Positions 55,065-64,000 of a stretch of 64,000 bases of DNA are shown here, in pieces. The stretch covers positions 331,978-395,977 of the forward strand of contig CAYOXC010000001.1 of the NCBI GenBank assembly GCA_964407865.1, read 5' to 3'. Made by a program: the position numbers and the translations under genes. Source of the stretch: an uncultured Gammaproteobacteria bacterium (lineage in GTDB: Bacteria > Patescibacteriota > Patescibacteriia > Magasanikbacterales > GWA2-37-8). A model generated the notes under the pieces. The model was not told the DNA's origin, did not search any database, and was given only the letters and a program-made list of their open reading frames with translations. Position 1 is the stretch's first letter. Every line of letters begins with the position of its first letter.

Positions 55065-55472
55065 CTATTTAGGCAAATATTTTGCTTTAGCTATTTTTTC
55101 AGCCTGTTCTTTTTTGATGATCGGCGCTCGTCGCACTAAAAAAATTATATTTACTATTTTACGCCATATAGCTATTCCAAATATAATAATCAGCCAAAAA
55201 CGCCAAGCCAAAAAAGGAACTCTTTCCTGCCTGAAAAACATCCAAAGCAAACCCAGAAGTCCAACAGACAATCCGATATTACTAAAACTATTTATGGTTT
55301 TTTTAAGGTAATTAGTCTCTATTCTCTGACTTATAAATTTTAATACTAGTCCTGAAAAAACAAAAAAAAGAAAAAATATTACCCAAATCCACATGGTCAT
55401 GCCCCGGGCAATATATGGCTGATGAAACCAATAATACCAATCAAATAAATTCATTATACTGATGACATTCAT
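55065..55472 (-). CDS. hypothetical membrane protein
   Basis: Three to four hydrophobic helices. Confidence 0.3.
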   Translation of the reverse strand: MNVISIMNLFDWYYWFHQPYIARGMTMWIWVIFFLFFVFSGLVLKFISQRIETNYLKKTINSFSNIGLSVGLLGLLWMFFRQERVPFLAWRFWLIIIFGIAIWRKIVNIIFLVRRAPIIKKEQAEKIAKAKYLPK

Positions 55473-56023
55473 ACGCTTTTTTTCTTAAATACATGACAAA
55501 AATGATACTCGCCGATGGGTATGTCTTCTGTAAAATCAAAACCCTCATTATCGGCTATATTTTTCAATTCAGCCTGATCAATCATTTGCTCAGGCAAAGG
55601 TCCAAGAGGACCTAATTTCTTTGCCCAATCAACGACTACTAAATAGCCGTCTTTTTTTATTAAACGAGCCGCTTCTTTAATAGCATCTGGGCGATTTTTT
55701 AACATAAACATTACATTCATAAAAAAACCAGCATCCAGACTGTTTTCAGGCAGAGAAGCAGCGCCCGTCTTTTCTATGTCACTCCAAATAGTTTGAATAT
55801 TTTCAAACCCACCGGAGCGAGCCTGGCTTTTAATGCTTTCCAAAACATCTTTCATGATATCAAGAGCGTAAACAACACCGCGCTCTCCGACCCGAGGAGC
55901 TAACTGAAATGTAATATGACCGGTTCTGCCGCAACCAAAATCCGCAACGCGCATGCCTTCGCCAAGTTTTAGTTTATCTAAAATTTTTGCCGGATCGATT
56001 AAAGCAGTACCTGAATGTGGCAT
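55469..56023 (-). CDS. class I SAM-dependent methyltransferase
   Basis: VADFGCGRTGH (motif I) and downstream acidic residues. Confidence 0.7.
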   Translation of the reverse strand: MPHSGTALIDPAKILDKLKLGEGMRVADFGCGRTGHITFQLAPRVGERGVVYALDIMKDVLESIKSQARSGGFENIQTIWSDIEKTGAASLPENSLDAGFFMNVMFMLKNRPDAIKEAARLIKKDGYLVVVDWAKKLGPLGPLPEQMIDQAELKNIADNEGFDFTEDIPIGEYHFCHVFKKKSV

Positions 56024-56024
56024 A

Positions 56025-56315
56025 TTATTTTACGAATAAACGGCCAAGTGTTGCCATGAGAAAACCAGTCATAAGATTTGTGGCAACTAACATGCCAACA
56101 AAAATTAAAACTAAACCTAATAATTTATAAAATAAACGACTGCCACCAGAAGTGCCTAAATTATCTTCCGCCCAAGCAACAGAGCCGAAATTCTGAAAAA
56201 ACCATTCTGATTTAAAAATCATAACGGTACCGAAGGCTACAATTAATAAACCAATGATAATTCTAAACATAAAAAAATGTAAAAAACGTGCGCGGGAGAG
56301 GACTCGAACCTCCAA
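56025..56315 (-). CDS. small hypothetical membrane protein
   Basis: Three hydrophobic helices in 96 aa. Confidence 0.3.
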   Translation of the reverse strand: MEVRVLSRARFLHFFMFRIIIGLLIVAFGTVMIFKSEWFFQNFGSVAWAEDNLGTSGGSRLFYKLLGLVLIFVGMLVATNLMTGFLMATLGRLFVK

Positions 56316-56372
56316 GATCTTGCGACCGCTACCACCTCAAGGTAGTGCGTCTACCAATTTCGCCACCCGCGC
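56288..56372 (-). tRNA. trnL: tRNA-Leu (anticodon GAG), class II with long variable arm
   Basis: GCGCGGGTGGCGAAATTGGTAGACGCACTACCTTGAGGTGGTAG...GGTTCGAGTCCTCTCCCGCGCA. Confidence 0.85.
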
Positions 56373-56377
56373 TAATG

Positions 56378-56617
56378 TCATAATAAATTATTTTTAATCC
56401 ATTCTTTACCAATGCCTGATTTTAAATATTTTTCTCTTTTTCGTGCAGATAACCTATCTGAAAAATTTTCACTGTATATAAATTTAAAAGGGCTATACGG
56501 CGCGGTTGTTTTTTCTTTGCCGCGTTGATGTTCAGCAATTCTTCTATCTAAACAATTGGTTAAACCAACGTAAATATAATTTCTGAAAATACTTTTTAAA
56601 ACATAAACAGCATACAT
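56378..56617 (-). CDS. GIY-YIG nuclease superfamily protein (UPF0213/YhbQ-like)
   Basis: YAVYVLKS...YIYVGLTNCLDRRIAEHQRG...Y GIY-YIG core. Confidence 0.75.
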   Translation of the reverse strand: MYAVYVLKSIFRNYIYVGLTNCLDRRIAEHQRGKEKTTAPYSPFKFIYSENFSDRLSARKREKYLKSGIGKEWIKNNLL

Positions 56618-56622
56618 ATCTA

Positions 56623-56673
56623 ATCCTATAGTAGTGCGCCTGCCTGCCGGCAGGCAGGTCTACCAATTTCGCC
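56623..56673 (-). repeat. partial copy of tRNA-Leu (nt 1-32) interrupted by a perfect 20-bp GC palindrome
   Basis: 56651-56673 and 56623-56630 are identical to 56342-56372; inserted cctgcctgccggcaggcagg at 56631-56650. Confidence 0.7.
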
Positions 56674-56746
56674 ACCCGCGCGAACTGTTAATCGATAATA
56701 GCTGAAAGTTAACAAAAGTTCAAGACCCTGACTCTGTAAGCGTAAT

Positions 56747-57514
56747 CTAAAACTTTCTATCTCTACCGACAATCATCTGAATCTTATCTTTGGCTAATTT
56801 GATTTTTACCTTCACTTCTTTTGTTGTTTTGCCATCAGCCTCAACCACAAAAGGTCCTTTCTCACCAATGATTTCCATTTCTTCAAACGGGAAAATGCTT
56901 GGATCCTCGTATTGATAACCAAACCAACCCTTTTTTGTAATCGGCCTTAAAAAGGCTTCTAATTTATCATCCTGAGGATGAACGACGAACTCCTCGCGGT
57001 CGTGCTTATTTTTTTTCCAATAAAATGGCTGGAAGTTACATACTACGACTTCCATTTTGTATGGCGTAGTAACCTGAAAACGCTCATCATAAACAACACG
57101 AATTTTTGCCGGCGGAACATGTAGCTGAGAAACAAAATATCGATTATTAAACCAACCAACATCAAGCTTCTGCTTACGCCTACGAGCTAACACATCGGCC
57201 GCTGGAACACCTTCGGGAATACCTAAAACTTCTGCAATTGTATTTTCGGAACCGATCGGCAAAAAACCAAAGACGCAATCACAAGTTGCTCCACGAGACA
57301 GCACATGGCCAAAAGTTCGATCATTACCGACGATCACTATATTCTTTGCTCCACGGCGAATTTCATCGTCGATAATCGGCTTTACATCGATATACGTATT
57401 TAAACGCAAAATTTTACCAGCAATCCCATAATCAACGAGACGAATCTCAATTTGTTTTAGGGTTGACTGGTATTTTCGGTTGTTTAAATAATTGTCGTAA
57501 AGGTAAACGTACAT
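56747..57514 (-). CDS. diacylglycerol/lipid kinase catalytic-domain protein (DAGK_cat, YegS/BmrU-like)
   Basis: NIVIVGNDRTFGHV and GFLPIGSENTIAEVLGI motifs. Confidence 0.65.
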   Translation of the reverse strand: MYVYLYDNYLNNRKYQSTLKQIEIRLVDYGIAGKILRLNTYIDVKPIIDDEIRRGAKNIVIVGNDRTFGHVLSRGATCDCVFGFLPIGSENTIAEVLGIPEGVPAADVLARRRKQKLDVGWFNNRYFVSQLHVPPAKIRVVYDERFQVTTPYKMEVVVCNFQPFYWKKNKHDREEFVVHPQDDKLEAFLRPITKKGWFGYQYEDPSIFPFEEMEIIGEKGPFVVEADGKTTKEVKVKIKLAKDKIQMIVGRDRKF

Positions 57515-57528
57515 AAAAGAGGCCCAGA

Positions 57529-58011
57529 TTAAACTGCCCCCTGGTTGCTGTTATCTTCATTCCGACGAGAGCGGCTGCCACGTCCACTTCGCGTTTCCGA
57601 AGCTTCAAGACCAGGCATTGTTACTTTCCCGAAAAGTAGGGCGCCAGATTCCATAGCGATAGTAGAGGCCTCAATATCTCCAACCACTCGAGCAGTAGAT
57701 GTCAATTCAACATATTCACGCACTTTCATGTTGCCTCTTACCTCGCCTGCAATCGTTGCACTACCTGCTTTGACATTGGCAACTATCTTTGCGCCTGGTT
57801 CAACTAATAAAGTTTTACTGGTATTAACACTACCAGTTACTGTTCCTTTAACAATTATATTTCCTTCAGAGGCAAAATCACCTTCTACATTTACTGACGG
57901 TCCTACTATGGTATCAACATTGTCATCTGGTTGGCCGATTTCTTCGTAAGCTTCTTCATCCATTATCTCTTCAACCTCCTCAGCCGAGGTATTTTGACGC
58001 TTAAAAATCAT
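57529..58011 (-). CDS. bactofilin (polymer-forming cytoskeletal protein, DUF583)
   Basis: Repeated hydrophobic-Gly beta-helix windings VEGDFASEGNIIVKGTVTGSV...IAGEVRGNMKV...VVGDIEAS; disordered acidic/basic termini. Confidence 0.75.
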   Translation of the reverse strand: MIFKRQNTSAEEVEEIMDEEAYEEIGQPDDNVDTIVGPSVNVEGDFASEGNIIVKGTVTGSVNTSKTLLVEPGAKIVANVKAGSATIAGEVRGNMKVREYVELTSTARVVGDIEASTIAMESGALLFGKVTMPGLEASETRSGRGSRSRRNEDNSNQGAV

Positions 58012-58107
58012 AAATTTAAAAAATTATTAATAATAAATTTAATACTTATAAATTATAATACACCTTTTTGATATTTTTATCAAAAATTTTTTTATGTGGA
58101 CAAAAAC

Positions 58108-59808
58108 CTACATCTCTTCAATTGACTCAATAGAAAGCAGATTAAGAGCATTTTTAAGAACAATAAGCACGGCTTTTGACAAAGCAACTCTTGCTAAGAT
58201 AATCTCCTTAGAAGAAGCGTTAATAACACTGTGTTTGCCATAAAAATCATTATAAAGCTTCGCTAAATCAAAAGAATACTTTGCCACCACAGAAGGATTG
58301 TAATTATTTAGGGCTTTTGCAACGTGATCAGAAAACTCTTTTATTCGTAAAATAATATTTTTTTCTTCTGGTTCAGTTAATTTATCGAGGTTGGCCTTAT
58401 GTATTTGTTTATTCTTTCCGCTTTTTTTAATAATACTTAAAATTCTAGCTATGGTATAAAGCACATATGGACCGGTGAAGCCATCAAATGAAGTGGCGGT
58501 CTTGGGGTCAAAAATTATTACTTTGGCTGACTCGTGTTTTAAAAAATCAAATTTGATTGCAGCAAAAGCCAGAGCCCGAGCCGTTATTTTAATTTTTTCT
58601 TTTGGCCAATCAATGTGACGAGTAGATGTTTCAGCTACGGTTTTTTCAAAAACTTCATTATACACATCCTCATATAAAATTACAGTACCCGCCCGAGAGG
58701 ACATCTTCCCGCTCGGTAAATTGACTAAGCCATAGCCGACATGTGTCATTTTGAATTTATAACCGGCTAAATCAAGAATTTTAAATAGTTGCCTAAAATA
58801 AAAATTTTGTTCGGTCCCGGTTATATGAATACTTTCTTTTATGTTAGGAAAAAATTTATTTTTTACTAAGGCCAAACCAAGATCTGAAGTAAGATAAAGC
58901 CCGGTTCCATCGCTTTTTCTAAGCAAACCTATATCAAGACCATCAGCAGTCATATCAACAATTATTGCTCCTTTATCACCTATTTTTGCATTTCCTGATT
59001 CCAACAAATCGTCCACGACCTTTTGACCAAGTGGTTTAATGTCTTTTTCATAAAATACCTTCTTATGGCGCACACCAAGCTCACGGTAAACTGCTTCAAA
59101 TTTTTTCAAGCTCCATTGACGCGTTTTTTGATAAAGAGGCCAGATGCTTTTATCTTTTGCTTCAAGTTTTTTCTGCAACAATGCAACTTCTTCTTTTTTT
59201 TCAGGGTGATTTTTTAAATAATAACTTGCTTCAGCATAAACCTGGCCGAGCCATTTCTGAGTATCAGTTGTCGATCTTTCATTAGGATGGAATTGTTGAA
59301 TACCCCACAAACAGACGGCTACATGAGCGCCAAAATCATTTATATAATTAACTGGTATCGGAGCATACCCTCTAGCTTGATACAGATTAACTAAAGAATT
59401 GCCAATACAAATATTTCGCAAATGACCAACGTGGATTTCTTTGTGCGTATTGTTAGAAGGATATTCCAAAAGAACTTTTTGGCCCTTGCCTGATTGGTCG
59501 TGGCCGTACTTATCTTTCTTCTTTAAAACTTCCTGTACAATTTCTTTAGCCACTGCCTCGGTTTTAATAAATATATTTACATAAGGCCCTGCTGAGATTA
59601 TTTTTTCTATAGACTGAGGTTTCAACTTGTTCATCTTTTCCGCTAAAGCTGATGCAAATTCTGAAGGATTGTCGCCTTTGGCTCTGGCTAAAGAAAAACA
59701 TGAAAAAGCAAAATCACCCAACTCTGGCTTAGGTGGTTTTGATAGCTTGATTTCACCGGTTGCACCGTATTTTTTTAGCAAACTAATTATAATCTCCTCC
59801 ATAAACAT
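58108..59808 (-). CDS. argS: arginyl-tRNA synthetase
   Basis: HVGHLRN (HIGH) and class I motifs, anticodon-binding DALR domain. Confidence 0.9.
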   Translation of the reverse strand: MFMEEIIISLLKKYGATGEIKLSKPPKPELGDFAFSCFSLARAKGDNPSEFASALAEKMNKLKPQSIEKIISAGPYVNIFIKTEAVAKEIVQEVLKKKDKYGHDQSGKGQKVLLEYPSNNTHKEIHVGHLRNICIGNSLVNLYQARGYAPIPVNYINDFGAHVAVCLWGIQQFHPNERSTTDTQKWLGQVYAEASYYLKNHPEKKEEVALLQKKLEAKDKSIWPLYQKTRQWSLKKFEAVYRELGVRHKKVFYEKDIKPLGQKVVDDLLESGNAKIGDKGAIIVDMTADGLDIGLLRKSDGTGLYLTSDLGLALVKNKFFPNIKESIHITGTEQNFYFRQLFKILDLAGYKFKMTHVGYGLVNLPSGKMSSRAGTVILYEDVYNEVFEKTVAETSTRHIDWPKEKIKITARALAFAAIKFDFLKHESAKVIIFDPKTATSFDGFTGPYVLYTIARILSIIKKSGKNKQIHKANLDKLTEPEEKNIILRIKEFSDHVAKALNNYNPSVVAKYSFDLAKLYNDFYGKHSVINASSKEIILARVALSKAVLIVLKNALNLLSIESIEEM

Positions 59809-61008
59809 TTATACAACTTTTACAAACCAACGATTTCCTTTTTTTATTATGTCTCCGGATTTTACTTTGGCAAAATAGTCGCCTGATTCAACTTTTTCGT
59901 CGTTTATCTTTACACCGCCCTCATCAATCACTCGCCTTACTTCCGATTTGCTTTTGCAAATATTTGATTCAACCAATAAAGTTGTAATTTCATAATCTGA
60001 TGGTTTAATCTCAGAAATTTGCGTCGGCGCCTCTTTGCTTTGAATTACCGTTTTAAAAAAATCTTTCCCTTTACTTGCTGCAGAATCACCTAAAAAAGTA
60101 CGCACTACTTCATATGCCAATCTCAATTTATAATCTCTTGGGTTAGCACCAGAATTTAATTCCCTGCCAATCTGATTTATTTCTTCAACAGTCACACTGG
60201 TTGTCAATTCAAAACCTAATAAAATCATTTCATCAGACCAGCTCATTACTTTGCCAAACATATCTTCAGCAGTGTCGGTTAAGGCAATCATATTGCCTTC
60301 ACTCTTTCCCATTTTTTTGCCAGTCTCATCGGCAAGCAACTTGGTTGTTAAAACAAATTTATCTTTATTCTTTAAGGTTTTCATTAAATCTCGACCAGCA
60401 AGCATGTTAAAGGTCTGATCATTGCCGCCAACTTCTCCATCAACATCCATGGCTACACTGTCATACCCTTGCATCAAAGGGTATAGAAATTCGTGAAGAT
60501 AAATCGGTTTTTCTTCTTTCATTCTTCGTTCAAACATGTCACGCTCCAACATCCTCTGAACGGTAAAATTCGAAGTGAGTTCTACCACCTCAGCAAAATT
60601 TAATTTAGCCAGCCATTTGCTATTATATTTTAATTGAGCAGAATTTTTGCCGCTCCAATTAATAACTGAGGCAGATTGCTTTTTATATTGCTTACAATTT
60701 TTTAACACTTCTTCTCGAGTCAATTTTTGACGAGCAGAACTTTTATCAGTCGGATCACCAATCATGCCGGTAAAATCCCCTATCAACATAATCACTTTAT
60801 GTCCTAATTCCTGAAATTGGCGCAGTTTAAGCAAAGTAATCCCATGACCAATATGCAAAGTTGACGCCGTCGGATCATAGCCAGTATAAAGAGTCAAGCA
60901 CTCGCCGGATTTAAGTTTTTCTTCCAAAAAATCTTTGTTTGGATATATGTTCTCCACTCCGCGAGTTAGGATTTGTTCAATTTTTTTTGCATCAGTATTT
61001 ATTTTCAT
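59809..61008 (-). CDS. tyrS: tyrosyl-tRNA synthetase with C-terminal S4 domain
   Basis: HIGHG, KMGKS motifs; S4-like C-terminus. Confidence 0.9.
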   Translation of the reverse strand: MKINTDAKKIEQILTRGVENIYPNKDFLEEKLKSGECLTLYTGYDPTASTLHIGHGITLLKLRQFQELGHKVIMLIGDFTGMIGDPTDKSSARQKLTREEVLKNCKQYKKQSASVINWSGKNSAQLKYNSKWLAKLNFAEVVELTSNFTVQRMLERDMFERRMKEEKPIYLHEFLYPLMQGYDSVAMDVDGEVGGNDQTFNMLAGRDLMKTLKNKDKFVLTTKLLADETGKKMGKSEGNMIALTDTAEDMFGKVMSWSDEMILLGFELTTSVTVEEINQIGRELNSGANPRDYKLRLAYEVVRTFLGDSAASKGKDFFKTVIQSKEAPTQISEIKPSDYEITTLLVESNICKSKSEVRRVIDEGGVKINDEKVESGDYFAKVKSGDIIKKGNRWFVKVV

Positions 61009-61031
61009 AATAAAAAATAGTAATCAATAAG

Positions 61032-63782
61032 TTATGAAAGGTTTTGCAGTTGGATGTTTAACTTGCTAATTTTTTCCTCGGCGTCTTTTAATTTTTGCCG
61101 TTCAATTTCTACTACTTCCTTTGGCGCATTATTCACAAACTCATTGTTGGAGAGTTTTTTTTCTAGGCTTAAAATATACGGATTAACAGACGCAATCTCT
61201 TTTGAAATCCTATCTTTTTCCTTTTTAAAATCAATAATGCCGGATAAATTTATATAAACTTCAGATCCTGATTCAACAAAACCAGCACAGCCCTCCGGTT
61301 TCTCCACCTTTTCGTCAATAATCAAATCCTCAAGTCGCGACAAACCTTTGATTATCGCAGAACTATCACTAAGTAGTAGAAAAAGTTTACCAGCACTGAT
61401 TGATACATTTAATTTTTTTGCAGGTTCAATTTTATAATCAGCTCTAATCGATCTGATACCAGTAATAATATTTTTTATTACTTCAAAATCTGAAACACTA
61501 TTTGTAGCTTCAATTGGCAATTGTTCGGGCCATTTTTCTACTAAAAGCAAATTATCTTTTTTCATTTCCTGCCAAATCGCCTCTGTAACAAAAGGCATAA
61601 AGGGATGCCATAGTTTTAAAATTGTATTCAGTATATAACTTAATATTTCCGACTTATCTTCTTCGATTTTTGCGATCTCTAAATACCAATCAGCTAATTC
61701 TCCCCAGGTAAAATCACGCAACTTTTCTCCGGCAATGGAAAAATGATACTGCTCAATGTTTCGAGTAGTCATCTCAACTATTTCATTCAATCGGCTTAAT
61801 ATCCACTGATCAGCAGCGGTTTTTGCTTCTGGCTTATTTTCACTGGTTGTCTTAACGTTGGTAAGAATAAATCGTGAAATATTCCACAACTTATTAGTAA
61901 AATTTCTAAAGGCGGCAATTTTGTCTTCAGAAAGTTTCAAATCATTTCCAGGTGTTGAACCGATTAGAAGAGACAGTCTCGTAGCATCAGCGCCAAACTT
62001 ATCAATCATATCTAAAGGATTGATTACGTTATTCAATGACTTGCTCATCTTTCTCCCCTTATCATCTCTTACTAAGCCGTGCAGGTAAATTGTTTCAAAA
62101 GGGACATCGCCCAAGGTATAAGTGGTCATTAAAATCATTCGAGCAATCCAGAAGAATAAGATATCATAACCAGTCTCAAGCACTGAAGTTGGGTGATATT
62201 TTTTGAGGTCATCGGTTTCCTTTGGCCAGCCAAGAGTTGAAAAAGTCCACAAGCCAGAACTAAACCAAGTATCCAAAGTATCAGGGTCTTGTTCCCAATT
62301 TTCAGAGTCAACTGGCGGCTCAACTCCGACATGCACTTCTCTTTTGTCAGTCTCATAATTTTTATCGAGAGACTGGGGGTCTTTTCTATACCAAACCGGA
62401 ATTTGATGGCCATACCAAATTTGACGGCTAATACACCAATCGCGTAAATTATCCACCCAATTAAAATAAATTTTTTCAAAACGATCAGGAATAATTTTGA
62501 CCTGACCTTTTCTCACTACAGCCTGCATCAGCTCCTTCAAAGTTGTTTCTTTTCCGGTTTTTATCCCTTGAATTTTCGATTGACCCAACTTAAACTTTTT
62601 ATTTACTTTGATAAACCATTGACGCGAAGGCAGTGGTTCAATAGACGCATCGCAACGATAACAAACCGATAAATTATTCGGTGCGTCTTCTTCTTTTTCT
62701 AACAGGTCATGCTCGCGCAAATATTCAACCACTTTTTTACGCGCTTCCTTAACTGACAAACCTTGGTAAGTTTTACCAGCTTCCAGCGTCATTTTACCAT
62801 CTTCGTCGATTATTTTAATGACTGGTAGGTTATTTTTTTCAGCCATTTCATAATCAACATGGCTGTGAGCAGGCGTCACGCCAACTGCGCCAGTGCCAAA
62901 GTTTTTATCTACCGTCCCTTCGGCAATAATTTTAATCTGTAAATCAGCGCCGTTGGCAAAACTTTTGACTTCAAATACTTTACCGATAAATTTTTTATAT
63001 CTTTTATCTTCTGGGTTAACCGCCACTGCTGTGTCGCCTAACTTGGTTTCTGGTCTGGTCGTGGCAATAGCAAAAGGAAAATCCGATGAATATTTAAATG
63101 TATAAATTTTGGCCGATTGCTCCCGGTATTCAACCTCGTCATCAGCCAAAGTGGAATGACATCGCGGGCACCAATTTACAATTCTATACCCGCGTTCAAT
63201 CAAACCGTCATCGTACATTTTTTTAAAAACCGTTCTAACCGCCAAAGTCCTCGACTGATCCAAGGTAAAAGCCTCTCGCTCCCAATCTAAACTAGAACCC
63301 ATTTTTTTACACTGGTTTACAATGGTGTCATGGGACTCTTGAGCGAACTTATCTACTTCAGATAAAAACCTTTCCCGTCCAAGTTCTTTTTTTGGATCTT
63401 GTATGCCTTTTCCCATTAAAAGCTTCTCGACTTTTGTCTGCGTAGCAATAGCGGCGTGATCAGTTCCTGGCAGCCATAAAGTATAATCGCCTTTCATTCT
63501 ATGATATCGGGTAATCAAATCTTCAATCGCCAGCATAGCCGCATGGCCCATGTGTAAAACACCAGTAACGTTCGGTGGTGGTAATACCATAGAAAAAACT
63601 TGCCTCTCAGTATCACTGAGCTCTTTTACCCAAGGTGGCGGAACATCTGGCGAAAAAAACCCCGATGATTGCTCGCGGGAATAAATATTATCCTCGTAAT
63701 TTTTTGCCTCGTATGCTTTCGGGATTTCCATAATATTGCTATGTAAAAATACGATAGGCATAATAAATAATATTTGCGACAA
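61032..63782 (-). CDS. valS: valyl-tRNA synthetase
   Basis: PPNVTGVLHMGHA, KMSKS, editing domain, C-terminal coiled coil; true start possibly the internal Met (MEIPKAY). Confidence 0.9.
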   Translation of the reverse strand: MSQILFIMPIVFLHSNIMEIPKAYEAKNYEDNIYSREQSSGFFSPDVPPPWVKELSDTERQVFSMVLPPPNVTGVLHMGHAAMLAIEDLITRYHRMKGDYTLWLPGTDHAAIATQTKVEKLLMGKGIQDPKKELGRERFLSEVDKFAQESHDTIVNQCKKMGSSLDWEREAFTLDQSRTLAVRTVFKKMYDDGLIERGYRIVNWCPRCHSTLADDEVEYREQSAKIYTFKYSSDFPFAIATTRPETKLGDTAVAVNPEDKRYKKFIGKVFEVKSFANGADLQIKIIAEGTVDKNFGTGAVGVTPAHSHVDYEMAEKNNLPVIKIIDEDGKMTLEAGKTYQGLSVKEARKKVVEYLREHDLLEKEEDAPNNLSVCYRCDASIEPLPSRQWFIKVNKKFKLGQSKIQGIKTGKETTLKELMQAVVRKGQVKIIPDRFEKIYFNWVDNLRDWCISRQIWYGHQIPVWYRKDPQSLDKNYETDKREVHVGVEPPVDSENWEQDPDTLDTWFSSGLWTFSTLGWPKETDDLKKYHPTSVLETGYDILFFWIARMILMTTYTLGDVPFETIYLHGLVRDDKGRKMSKSLNNVINPLDMIDKFGADATRLSLLIGSTPGNDLKLSEDKIAAFRNFTNKLWNISRFILTNVKTTSENKPEAKTAADQWILSRLNEIVEMTTRNIEQYHFSIAGEKLRDFTWGELADWYLEIAKIEEDKSEILSYILNTILKLWHPFMPFVTEAIWQEMKKDNLLLVEKWPEQLPIEATNSVSDFEVIKNIITGIRSIRADYKIEPAKKLNVSISAGKLFLLLSDSSAIIKGLSRLEDLIIDEKVEKPEGCAGFVESGSEVYINLSGIIDFKKEKDRISKEIASVNPYILSLEKKLSNNEFVNNAPKEVVEIERQKLKDAEEKISKLNIQLQNLS

Positions 63783-63939
63783 TTACACTATTTACCTATC
63801 GCGGTATGATATAATTTTACAAGTAAATGTGTTTGAAAGCAAGTAATCAAAGCTTATTTTTCGCAAGAGTTGGCCAAAAGATATAATTGTTGATAAAAAC
63901 ACAGCTAAAATTAGCCAAATATTAACCGTTGACAATAAC

Positions 63940-63968
63940 TCAGATTTTATATATAATCATTAGTTCAA
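63940..63968 (+). promoter_or_regulatory. sigma70-like promoter (TTGACA-17-TATAAT) reading out of the window
   Basis: near-consensus boxes at the right edge. Confidence 0.35.
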
Positions 63969-64000
63969 CTGCCAAAGACTATGCTAAACACTATTACTCA

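Noticed and set aside
63783-64000. T-box riboswitch upstream of valS
   Set aside because: The region contains no T-box consensus (AAnnnGGGTGGnACCGCG) and no specifier or antiterminator arrangement on the minus strand. Only an outward-facing plus-strand promoter was seen.
1-64000. CRISPR arrays, rRNA genes, intact IS elements or prophage structural genes
   Set aside because: No direct-repeat arrays with regular spacing, no rRNA-like conserved segments, and no transposase or integrase ORFs of full length. The only phage-like gene is a solitary holin-family (DUF360) membrane protein.

Overview
AT-rich (about 36% GC) chromosomal segment with gene content typical of a small-genome Patescibacteria/CPR-like bacterium. 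Identifiable housekeeping genes are almost all on the minus strand: tpiA, an M16 peptidase, archaeal-type glyS, frr, holB, mreB, a cell-envelope glycosyltransferase cluster, dnaX, dusB, secF, secD, secA, a fermentative module (ADP-forming acetyl-CoA synthetase, 2-oxoacid:ferredoxin oxidoreductase, [FeFe]-hydrogenase HydA with a NuoF-like HydB), rplL, rplJ, pyrH, ndk, argS, tyrS and valS. Six tRNA genes are present (Trp, Tyr, two Thr, Gln, Leu). Two small ribosomal protein genes (rpmG, rpmB) and a rubredoxin-like gene fall below the supplied ORF-track threshold. The unusual parts are: (1) a GC-rich, apparently foreign island at the left edge (1-2980) with four monocistronic genes, each with a near-consensus sigma70 promoter and a hairpin terminator, encoding a Hanks-type kinase with an altered catalytic loop between a receiver-domain protein and a paralogous pseudo-receiver that lacks the phospho-acceptor Asp; a second single-gene island of the same style lies at about 49.2-49.9 kb; (2) a tRNA-Tyr(GUA) gene interrupted in the anticodon loop by a compact group I intron of about 193 nt; (3) a GC-rich structured element next to tRNA-Trp, bounded by a direct copy and an inverted partial copy of the tRNA 3' end; (4) a GIY-YIG nuclease gene between tRNA-Leu and a partial 5' copy of tRNA-Leu that carries a 20-bp GC palindrome; (5) a paralogous pair consisting of a FtsK/HerA/VirB4-TraG-superfamily P-loop ATPase with an N-terminal membrane domain and a stand-alone copy of that N-domain, each preceded by a small partner gene; (6) SecD with a tandem parvulin (PpiC) insertion. 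No CRISPR array, rRNA gene or intact transposase was found.
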